DNA of 64,000 nt from Oculina patagonica (Eukaryota). Positions 53,520-64,000 of this stretch are shown piece after piece. The number at the start of each line of letters is the position of its first letter. Positions within the stretch are counted from its first letter, which is position 1. Location of the stretch: the NCBI RefSeq assembly GCF_052425735.1, contig NC_135770.1:29822001-29886000 (forward strand). Reading direction: 5' to 3'. The position numbers and the translations under genes were made by a program. Under the pieces are notes generated by a model. It was given only the letters and a program-made list of their open reading frames with translations. It made no database searches and was not told where the DNA came from.

Positions 53520-53752
53520 TAGATTGCTTTCATTCTTAGTTATTTATAGTTTGTAATTTGGTATTCCTTTCAGTTTCTGACACCATTTTTCTTTTTCCTT
53601 TTGCTCCAATAAAATATAAATATTTATTTCCAATAAAATATTTATTGCTTTGTAGATAGCTTTCATTCTTAGCTATTTATAGTTTATAATTTGTCATTCC
53701 TTTCAGTTTCTTTCACCAATTTTCTTTTTCCTTTTGCTCCAATAAAATATTT
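53520..53752. repeat. Two-copy ~133-bp tandem duplication
   Basis: gctttcattcttag...ccttttgctccaataaaatat repeated. Confidence 0.7.
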
Positions 53753-53844
53753 GGGTACGAAACTTTGTCATCTTTTTTTCGAACTTGTTCACGTAAAGAG
53801 GCTCTATTCCTGAAACAATCAACTCAACAGGCGAATGATTCGAG

Positions 53845-56800
53845 ATGCTTGCATCGTCTAAGAAATATTTTATAAACCCCTACTTTGAAGATGACGTACA
53901 CAAAACGACTCCGGTGGAACCCGTGCAACTACAGAAACAAACAACGAATGCTACAGAAGACAAAACTGGTCATTCCAATGATAATTGTAGGAACCAACAC
54001 GAGCCACTCAACTCTGGGAAAGCAAACCCTTCACACGGATCAAATCGCGGCCTATTGGCGCTGGTCATCATTGTGTGTTTAATTTCTCTGGCCGCTCTTC
54101 TGCTGACACTTCTGACGTTGTCTGGAAAATTTGGCTCTGCGAACGAACAGAACGAAGGTCAGTACGTGTACAGAATAGTTGATGGAATGTTGAAAGTTCT
54201 AAAAAACAGTCAGATTCTGGGAAAAACTTCTTTATCAAAACTAACGCGCCTTAAACTTCGCTGGGTAATAGGTCAAAATTGTAGATTGCGTTTGGAAATC
54301 GAACATTTATATATGTGTTCGATATAGCTCAAGCGTTCAAACGTTTTTGTGAATTCGTGTACAGTCAACCGATCATATAATTACGATTGAACTCAATCTG
54401 TGCATTGTGCTTTATTGAACGATTTCGCATCAATGATCTAGTCGGGTCGCCTTCCAAAATCACGCCCTTCACTCGGAAAAAGTTGGCAAGTTTTGACAAA
54501 ACAGTTCATTGCCTATGTCCTTTGCCAGCTTTTTCTATCACATTGTAGTTGTTGAGTTGTTAATGACATTGTGCTTTAGAATGAATTCTGTTATAAATTA
54601 GGCTACATTTATTTCGTTTCATTTCGCTCAGAACATGTTTTAACTCATTGTTTCTTCTCTGTACATGTTTTATGGTTTAACAAGGTTCTAAGCTTGTTCC
54701 ATTTTGTTCGCCGGGACTTAGGCTGAAGACGGCCATGCATTTTCAAATTTGTTGTATGCGGTGTAAAAAATGTACTCTAGATGATGAATTCTTTTTAAAA
54801 ATGGGACTAAACTACGGGTTAAAACCCTCTTTTTGTATTTTTTTCTTTTCCCGAGCTTCCTCAGGAAGCCCGAATTTGCAAGTGATGACGTCACAAATGA
54901 GATACATGCAGATGACTCGTGAGGATTCTAATAATAGAAGTTTATATTTATATATATCAGGTTTTACATGAAGGTACAGAATCCACAACAAAGCAGTCAT
55001 AAAACGGAGGCCTAAGCAAGAAGCGTCTAAAACTTGAAAATGAATCACTACAAAACAAACCCTAAAGGAAGCAGCCACAGTTCTAAAACGAAACGCTCAA
55101 AGCTCAAGCATTCAAACTTGAAAACAAAACACCACAAATTCGGAAACGAAAGTACCCAAAACTCGAAAGCGAAGCAAGCAGAACTCAAAAGAAGAAGCAC
55201 TCAAAACTCGTAAAAGGAAACACTAAAAAAAGCGTCAAAAACTCGAAGGTCGACTTAAAAAGATGCTTTTGGCGTAACCCTTCTTAAAAAAAAACGAGCT
55301 TAGGTTAAAAAATGGAAAGCTGTAATAAAACAGATATAGACTTGTCATAGTACCAAAATAAAATTACAATATTTCAGATCGACTTCCTTGTCAGCGGCTA
55401 TAAGCCAGCTGTCTTAACTATGGGACAATATTTAATGTTCTCTGTATTAAATAAAAACATTTAACAAAACTTTTCATTTATTTCACCATACATCCACGTA
55501 AACTCAAGGCACGTAAGAATGAAGTTATGTAACTAACTGCAGTAACAAGCGGTATATATCTGAGCGGTTTTCCAAGAACCTGGCGCCCACCAACCAAAAC
55601 ACTCCGGGCTACTACAAGTCCCTTGCCCTCCCCCAGGCTAGAAAAGGATGTCACCTCACGAGCCCAGCTGACAGCTGCCAGACCGGCAGGGTGCCTTCTA
55701 TACAGGGAACTTTCCACTGGTGTCATTTAAATTATTCACAGACTACACAAGGCATTCAAAATTCACACAAACATGCTCAAAGGGGCCAGCCTTCCCCCTT
55801 CCCCCAGCTTTTGACGGCTACTCGCCAGCTGGGCACCAGCGGATAGCCCAGAGCCTGGGCAAGGTCACCACACCTTCCTTGACGTCAAGCCCCCTCAAGT
55901 TAACGTTGCTGGCTAGGCGAAGCGAAAACCTCGTGCCCAGGTTTCTGCGAATTCGCTGAGATATATTATCCCATTTTTCTTTTACAAACCCATTTTTTTT
56001 AGAACATAAAGTCAGTCTGATAACGTTATGCAGCTGATATTACGTTTATATTTTTAGCCCATCATTCTGCTTCCGCTAAAAGCCTTCAAAAGGATCCAGC
56101 CAATATCAAGGCCCTTGAGGAAAATATAACAAGCCTTAGACTGGATTTGGTAAGAGATGCATTTTGATTTAAGCGTAAACCATAAGTGAAGTGAAAAATA
56201 CCCAATCATTTGGCTATAATCATCAACTCGTTTGGTTTGTCTAAAACTAAACTCATTTGAGGCGGGCGCCTCTTAAACGGACCCTTTTTAAGAAAAATCG
56301 TGGTTACAAGAGGGTCTGAATGGGGCTTAGTGTTTAGTGTGATTTGCCCAAAATTTTTAGTGTTTGCTGTTACATTGGCCAATTTTTTTCGGGAAAATTC
56401 TGTTAAGTGTATGGAGGTTTTTTCGTGAAAAATTTTAACATTTTAAATTCTTATCTGCTCTTTAAAAATCGGATAAAATCAATTATGAACTTAGAGAAAA
56501 TTTTCGGATTTCTCCTCGGAAATCTTGTAATCTTCGGACATCTTCGGTAGTCTTCGGACATATTCGGTAGTTTTCGGAAATCTTCCGAACTGATCGAAAA
56601 TCGTCAAGAAATGGCGAAAGCTGCTTCATATACTAAACAAAATAATATTGACCTATTTGGAGCAGTTTTTGTTTCTTTTTGGAGAAAATTTACTGTTACA
56701 GTGAATTTTTTACTGTTAAGTGTTAAAATGCCTAAAATTTTACTGTTTCATGTTACAGAGCCAAAAATTTAAGTGTTTCGTGTTATCGAAGTACCCCCAT

Positions 56801-59800
56801 TCAGACCCTCTTACAAATGCCTCTCGAGGTGAACAGATTATTGGCCGGATATTTAACAGTTCAGTGCAAAATCGCGCGGAATATCACCTGGTACTAAGCT
56901 GCATGATGAGGCCGTTGGTCTAGTTGCTTAAAACTCAGACATTTGAGCAGGATAATTGTTTAAGTATTCAGCAAATTGTCAACAAACGCACTTTACATGT
57001 ATAAAAACTGCGGTTATGTAGCAATTTGCAAGAGTATGAAAGAATCTTAGGCCTAGTTCAAACGTCGTGCTTCTGCCTTGCCGAACAAAATTGTAATTAG
57101 GTTCGCTTGTAGCACGGCAGAAACACGGCTCTGACTCAGACGTCACGCAAGAAACTTACAAATTCAGGTTTTACTGAAGCTACGTAAGAATTAGTCAGCT
57201 GCGATCCATCAAAAATGGCGCCGTTTTCCATCGAAAACTCCTGCCTTTATAATCATTGCATGACTCATGAAAAAGACGTCAATAAAGACAACAGAATATA
57301 CTTTTCCTTTTGTATGAACGGTGAATGTTGTTATTGCAAGTTTGTTTGTTTCTTTGCCCGATTGGCTTCGGAAAACTTGCTAATTTCAGATTCAGCCTCG
57401 CTAGCTTCTTATTCGCCCTGCTCCCTGTCATGACTGGCATCTTCTTCGTTGATTGAAACATCTTCGCCATGCTCTTTAGCACAGAAAATTTCGTTTGAAT
57501 TCCTTCGCCTGGCCGCCATGTTTTTGCAGTCTGGCAAGAATAACATTCAATGCGCACACTCCGTAAAGGAGAATTCTCCTCGGGTCTCCTCGTATCTCCC
57601 CGCGGGAACGTAATCCCGCCAAAATACATTAATTTAATTTATGAAATTTATTTGGCGCGGCAAAAGCACGACGTTTGGACCGCTGCCGTGTCAGAGTCGT
57701 GTAGCACGGTAAGGCGTGTCGAACTAAATTGCTTTGCCGAACTTAATTCAAAAGCTTGATTCAGACGCCGTGCTTTTGCCGTGCTATTGTCGAACTTAAT
57801 TCCTGAATTAAGTTCGACACGGAAGAAGCACGACGTCTGATCTAGGCCTTAGAAAACTGCGTTTATCGCAGGATATCTGTTATGTACGGGTGACATAGAA
57901 ATTTGTGGAATAATAACATAACATACTGTATGAGCTCACCACTCTCCTAATATCAGCGTGATCTAATAATAAGAACAAGGAACCATATATGCGCAATCTT
58001 TAGCGTGGAATGTGATATATTGATCATGTGTTAAAAAACATATATTCTATAATGACCTATAATGGTAAATATGACTGTGTCAAGTCAAATCATGCAAAAA
58101 ATAATTACTATTATACAGTTTTTCAGTTAATAACGATTTGATTGTTTCTTTTGTTTATTATACACTATATAGTTATTATATGAATTTGATTTATAGGTAG
58201 AGAAAACAAAAGAGACTGAAACATTTCGTTTATCCCTTCATCGTCTTCAAGAAAAGGTACGTGTAATTTTATCAAATCTACTTACCCTTCTCCTTAACTG
58301 TTTGTTGATGTAGCGTTTTTGTTACATGTGGCTTTTCCGCTGTGAAAGTAGATACAGCTTTTTGCGTCGAGGACAGACGAGGACGTTTAAAAACCTGGGC
58401 CCAGTTGTTCGCTGTGAATATACACTTATTAGTATAGTACATGTCGCCCAGGCCCTAGTTGTTCAAAGGGAGGATAGCGTTATCCACCGGATAAATCGCT
58501 ATCCAGTGGATAAGTCTTAACAAAACGTACTAGGCTATCCACTGGATAGTGATTTATCTGGTGGATAACGCTATCCTCCCTTTGAACAACTAGAGCCTGG
58601 GCGACATGTACTATACTAATAAGTGTATATTCACAGCGAGCATAAACTCTAAAAGAACACGACTTCTACGTGCAAAAGCAAAATGCAAATTAGCTGACGT
58701 CGAAGATGTACGCTCTTGAAAAGTCTCTTTTGTAGTGCGCCAGCCGATTGAAGCCTCCCCCCCCCCCTCCCAAACCTAATACATAGATTTAGGCAAGCCC
58801 CTAAAAGCGGAGCTCCACACTTATTTTCTGGTTCCTAAGATTTTGTGAAAATGCTCCCATTGAAAATACTGTTATTGAAGTAATTAAACTATACTACTCA
58901 AGAAACATCCATAGCCGAAATAAATCGTCAACTCTAATCGAAAAAATGCGCTTACAAAATCCTGTCATAACCGTATCCTGGACCAAACAAGTAAGATTTG
59001 AGCCCGCGATTCAATGGTAAACTATAACCTGGTCAGAAAACCTGGTCAAAAAAAATCATGACCTCGATGAGTTGTACACCTGAGCCCGCGATATGATCAT
59101 GTGATACTGGTAAGCGGATACCTTGTTTTGACAGCTGTCAATTGACCATAACATGGATGACCAATATCAAAGATAGAAGCCGACGTAAACTTTAACTTTC
59201 CTTAGGATATGATAAGATGACATTCTCCTCCCCCGGTCGGGTTGCCTTGTGACTCCCCTCCCCCTCCCCGAGAGTCTGTAGGCGCGGGCGTGCCTACGCT
59301 CACTCGAAAAACCAAATTTTTTTGCCTTCATGGGTTTACTCCAAATCCCCTTTACCCATGGGGCTCCGCTGGCGCGCATCGCGCGCTGGAGCTCCGCTAT
59401 TAACCGTTCGTTTGCATATACATGCAAATTCCAAGGTAAAAGGTGAAATACAATTTTCCTTTTTTTAGGTGACGCACCTTGACTATGCTTGTACTGAGTC
59501 GAGGACCAACAATACCCAGATAAAGGTTAAACGTTTTCATGATAAATGCTATCGATGTCCATTGTATCTTTAAAGTATATAATTAATTTTCTCTTAAAAT
59601 GTTGATTTATCATAAAGCTAAGTTGGCCTCGTACCTGCCCTACCAGCAAACGATTTGACCGACCGTTCGACTGACTGACTATCGACTGATATTTTCTTTA
59701 TTTCAGCTGGAAAAGCTAGATTCTGTTTTAAATCAGTTGAAGTCCACCTTGAACAGTACAAACAATGGCCTTGCAGAACTTAACAGTTCTCAAGCGAAGG

Positions 59801-62800
59801 TAAAGATCTCCTCTGATTTCCACACTCGAGATGCTTCGTACGATATCATCATGTGATAAGGATTGGAGTTTGGTTCTAATTCAATTTTAACTGAGTTTTT
59901 ACTACTCTAAAGGTTTTATTTTATATCTTATTGACGCTTCTGTCGCCATTTAGTCATTGTTTGATTTCTTCCGTTAATTAGGTAAGTCATGATTTTAACG
60001 GGTCGCTAAATCGAGGATGAGTACATACTCGAGGTAATATACCTTGGGATTCGATGTATTTCCGTCGAGTAAGAGAATTTGGCGCACTTGACAAGACAAT
60101 GAAAAATTAAGGCTTAACAACGCCAGTATGATTTGTGGTATGATTAAACTCTACAGACAGATGCTGGGTTTAATGCTCTCCGAAATGATCTTAACATGAC
60201 AAGAAGGCAGCTGATGATGATGTCTGACACGAATACAAAAAACACTATTGCAGCTGTCAATACAACTCTTGGATTAAAGGTTCGTAAACAACTCTTACTT
60301 TTGGCTTTTACAGGATTTGTGTTTTTTTTACAGGATTTGTGTTGTGTTTTTGGTTTTTATAACTAATTAGTAATATTTGTTGGATATTTTGATAAATTCA
60401 ATATTGAAAACAATGCAACCATTTATGAAAAAAGTTTTTTTTTCGAAAGACATAATCCACTGGTAAACAACAACTACTGGGAGTACGATGTGAGTAGTGT
60501 TTTTCACCTAGGTTTCTGACAATATTTATCTATTTCTTCTGGTAGGATATATGCCTAAGTAAATAAAGGGATTTAAATGGAAGGCTACCTTTTCACTGAG
60601 TTCCCATGTACGGCAGAGGGTATAAAAGATGTTCTTATTAATACAACAGGTCGTATCAATATCATTTTTATTTTTATTTCGAGATATTTTTTTCAGCTGG
60701 ACAACCTAGATTCTGCTCTGAATCAGTTGAAGTCCGCCTTGAACAGTACAAACAATGACCTTGCAGAACTAAACAGTACTCAAACGAAGGTAAAGAGCTC
60801 TTCTTATTCCCACACTCGAGATGCTTTGTACGATATCATGTGATAAGAATTGGAGTTTGATTCTAATTCAAATTTAAATGAGTTTTATTACTCTAATTTT
60901 TCTTTCTATTTCTTATTGACACTTCTGTCGGCAATTAGGGGAAAATTGTTTGATTTCTACTTTTAATTAGGTAATTTATGATTTTAAGGGGGCGCTAAAT
61001 CAAGGCGATTGCATACTCGAGGAAACACGCCTTGTGATGCGAACGAGGGCGAGTATTTCCGTCTTTTGTAAGGATAAATGAAAGCCTCGTAAGAGTATTT
61101 GGCGCACTTGACAAGACAATGAGAAACTAAGGCTTAAGGTGGTCTTATACACAAAACATGATTTTTTTGCTAAAACAGCTTTGTCGGTCGGTTTTGCTAC
61201 CATGTTAAAGAACGTCACTAGCAAACTTCAAAAATGGGCTTTTTCAGGTCATGTGCCACAGTAGTTGATGAATAACTACCCCCCTTAGTTGAAAAAAGGG
61301 ACTTGTTATAAGCACAATAACTTCATAATGAATGGTTAGAAAAGCATGCAATGAAGTTAACTCTGTCCTTTATAAAGTTGTCCAGGTGACAAACCTCTAA
61401 AAACAGTGTTTAGAGTCATATTTTTATTGAAAATGAGAACCTATTAACTATTATTAGGTAATATTAAGTAATATTAACTCTAAAATAGGGGAACGATTTG
61501 AAAAAAAATATATATGTTTTAGGTTTATTACCTAGAAAATGGTGTGTTTTATATGGTATGTATAAGAGCACTTTAACTACGCCAGTATGATTTGTGGTAC
61601 GATTAAACTCTACAGACAGATGCTGGGTTTAATGCTCTCCGAGATGATCTTAACATGACAAGGAGGCAGCTGATGATGATGTCTGACACGGATACAAAAA
61701 ACACTATTGCAGCTGTCAATACAACTCTTGGGTTAAAGGTTCGTAAACAACTCTTTCTTTTGTGTTTTTTTTTTACAGCATTTGTGTATGTGTTTTTGGT
61801 TTTTATAACTAATTAGTAATTTGTTGGATATTTTGATAAATTCAATATTGAAAACAATGCAACCATTTATGATTTTTCTTTTGAAAGACATAATCCACTG
61901 GTAAACAACAACCACTGGGAGTACGATGTTAGAGTAGCATGGATGTTTTTCACCTACGTTTCTGACAATACTTATCTATTTCTTCTGGTAGGATTTATGT
62001 ATGAGTAAATAAAGGGATTTAAATGGAAGGCTACCTTTTCACTGAGTTCCCATGTACGGCAGAGGGTTTAAAAGATGTTCATATTAATACAACAGGTCGT
62101 ATCAATATCATTTTTATTTTTATTTTAGCTGGACAACCTAGATTCTGCTCTGAATCAGTTGAAGTCCACCTTGAACAGTACAAACAATGACCTTGCAGAA
62201 CTAAACAGTACTCAAACGAAGGTAAAGAGCTCTTCTTATTCCCACACTCGAGATGCTTTGTACGATATCATGTGATAAGAATTGGGGTTTGATTCTAATT
62301 CAAATTTAAATGAGTTTCTATTACTCTAATTTTTTTCTATTTCTTACTGACACTTTCGTCGGCAATTAGGGGAAAATGGTTTGATTTCTACTTTTAATTA
62401 GGTAATTTATGATTTTAAGGGGGCGCTAAATCAAGGCGATTGCATACTCGAGGAAACACGCCTTGTGATGCGCACGAGGGCGAGTATTTCCGTCTCTTGT
62501 AAGGACAAATAAGAGCCTCGTAAGAGTATTTGGCGCACTTGACAAGACAATGAGAAACTAAGGCTTAAGGTGGTCTTATACACAAAATATGATTTTTTTT
62601 GCTAAAAACAGCTTTGTCGGTCGGTTTTGCTACCATATTAAAGAACGTCACTAGCAAACTTCAAAAATGGGCTTTTTCAGGTCATGTGCCACAGTAGTTG
62701 ATGAACAACTACCCCCCTTAGTTGAAAAAAAGGACTTGTTATAAGCACAATAACTTCATAATGAATGGTTAGAAAAGCATGCAATGAAGTTAACTCTGTC

Positions 62801-64000
62801 CTTTATAAAGTTGTCCAGGTGACAAACCTCTAAAAACAGTGTTTAGAGTCATATTTTTATTGAAAATGAGAACCTATTAACTATTATTAGGTAATATTAA
62901 GTATTAGTATAATTTCAGAGGTGATTATAAGAATGGCCGATTCCCTCTATAGCGCGCGCCTGCAGGGAATCACGGTAGTTGTATTCATCAAACCATGCGC
63001 GAGACTCAGCAACAATGCACGTTGCTGAGTCTCGCGCATGGTTTGATGAATACAACTACCGTGATTCCCTGCAGGCGCGCGCTATAGAGGGAATCGGCCA
63101 TTGAAGCATTCTTATTGGTCGAGAAGCTCGGCTTATGAGGCTATATTCACCCCGCGCGAGGTGATTATAGCTTTGAAGGCTTGGTTACTTAGCCACGCCA
63201 CCTTTGACATCCAGGCAAGTAAACATGGCCGCTTTTGCTGAATGAAAATTTCTTTGATTTGGAAAAAAACAGTCCAAGTCCTGGATATTTTAAACACTGG
63301 GAATTTTTCAAATTAACTACCAAGGCTTTTGGACCGAAAATATTTTCAAGAGATGGTTCTCAAGGCATTAGAAATGATCGTAAACACGGCGGTTTTGGCG
63401 ATCGATGAGAAACTCAGTCAGATCGATTGAGCAAACATTATTTAGTTCTCTTCTCACCGGAGCTACTCATTTTCGAGAGGATTCCCACATTCGCTTAGAG
63501 GTCATCAACAATCATACAAAGGTACCGGACATCTATCTTTCTCATAGTGTTTGTTTTGTTCCGTTTTATTGCTTTACTAAATAAATTCTGATTGTAATCG
63601 ATGAATTAAGCTGGTTTACACCGTATGCAAGCGAACACTTGTGTTTGCTGTTTACTTGTTTGCTATCGTTAATTTTTTAACTTCTTGATGATCACCTCTA
63701 AAAATTATACTAAAACAATTATTCGTCTTAGGCTCAGTGATTATTGTTGAATAATCCCCTCGACTTCGTCTCGGGGATTATTCAACAATAATCACTTCGC
63801 CTTCGGCGAATAATTGTTAAATATTAACTCTAAAATAGGGGAACGATTTGAAAAAAAAAATATATGTTTTAGGTTTATTACCTAGAGAATGGTGTGTTTT
63901 ATATGGTATGTATAAGACCACTTTAACTACGCCAGTATGATTTGTGGTACGATTAAACTCTACAGACAGATGCTGGGTTTAATGCTCTCCGAGATGATCT
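53845..64000 (+). CDS. Type II membrane protein with N-glycosylated coiled-coil stalk (scavenger-receptor-A/collectin-like architecture), incomplete
   Basis: Exons 53845-54157 (cytoplasmic tail plus TM GLLALVIIVCLISLAALLLTLLTL, phase 1), 56058-56149, 58197-58256, 59469-59525, then alternating 93-nt (59707-59799, 60697-60789, 62129-62221) and 123-nt (60157-60279, 61616-61738, 63966-) phase-0 exons, all open, with heptad Leu spacing and NxS/T sequons. Confidence 0.75.
55476..55965 (-). mobile_element. GC-rich insertion, possible DIRS/Ngaro-type terminal repeat remnant
   Basis: Sharp GC-rich block in an AT-rich intron; minus strand ends ggatgtatggtgaaataaa. No coding remnant seen. Confidence 0.3.
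56310..56810. mobile_element. Non-autonomous TIR element with 6-bp TSD
   Basis: gaggggtctgaatgggg / ccccattcagaccctc; TTACAA on both flanks. Confidence 0.8.
57050..57848. mobile_element. PIF/Harbinger-like MITE
   Basis: TIR ggcctag.tca.acgtcgtgcttct / agaagcacgacgtctgatctaggcc; TTA TSD. Confidence 0.75.
58395..58639. mobile_element. Palindromic MITE with inverted duplication of its flank
   Basis: MITE arms ~58448-58600, extended by a perfect ~43-bp inverted repeat (58410-58452 / 58596-58639). Confidence 0.8.
58779..59402 (-). mobile_element. Helentron-like (HINE-type) element
   Basis: Inverted relative of 1766-2209, with the same subterminal repeats and terminal hairpin. Confidence 0.65.
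61134..61576. mobile_element. TTAA-flanked MITE (Kolobok-like), duplicated at 62565-63926
   Basis: TTAA-ggtggtcttatac...gtataagagcact-TTAA. The empty site aaggcTTAAcaacgccag is seen in array copy 1 (~60110). Confidence 0.85.
62903..63820. mobile_element. Terminal-palindrome element inserted in the Kolobok-like MITE, carrying a nested 171-bp palindromic MITE (62932-63102)
   Basis: Absent from the sister copy at ~61470. IR ttagtataattt.agaggtgat / atcacctct.aaattatactaa, plus a 3' hairpin at ~63713-63818. Confidence 0.8.

Larger units (their letters stand above)
59690..64000 (+). repeat. Tandem array of an exon-pair unit (~1.0-1.45 kb, at least 3 copies)
   Basis: Near-identical exons and introns; exon starts 59707/60697/62129 and 60157/61616/63966. 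Confidence 0.92.

Overview
AT-rich, intron-containing animal genomic DNA. Gene and repeat content is consistent with an anthozoan, probably a stony coral (inference). Splicing exons by hand (GT-AG, phases checked) gives nine protein-coding loci: the 5' part of a short-type ABCC4/MRP4-like exporter (-, runs off the left edge); a 2-exon ~743-aa cGAS-like receptor (Mab-21/cGLR) with a hydrophobic/basic N-terminal leader and a helical C-terminal extension (-); a 4-exon sororin/CDCA5-like gene (-) mostly missed by the ORF track; two convergent TMEM179-like paralogs; PRPF39 (13 exons, +), hosting two intronic H/ACA snoRNAs whose shared pocket matches the 28S rRNA site equivalent to yeast Psi2944; GNMT (-) with an NLS-like loop insertion; an intronless class A GPCR with a 1-nt frameshift in NPxxY; and a type II membrane protein whose glycosylated coiled-coil stalk is expanding by tandem exon-pair duplication (runs off the right edge). 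Non-coding DNA is dense with MITEs, Helentron-like elements, SINEs, and LINE and Penelope fragments. The best system-level candidate is the cGLR lying directly upstream of, and co-oriented with, an MRP4-type cyclic-nucleotide exporter; that link is a hypothesis. No database searches were run; all family calls come from motif recognition.
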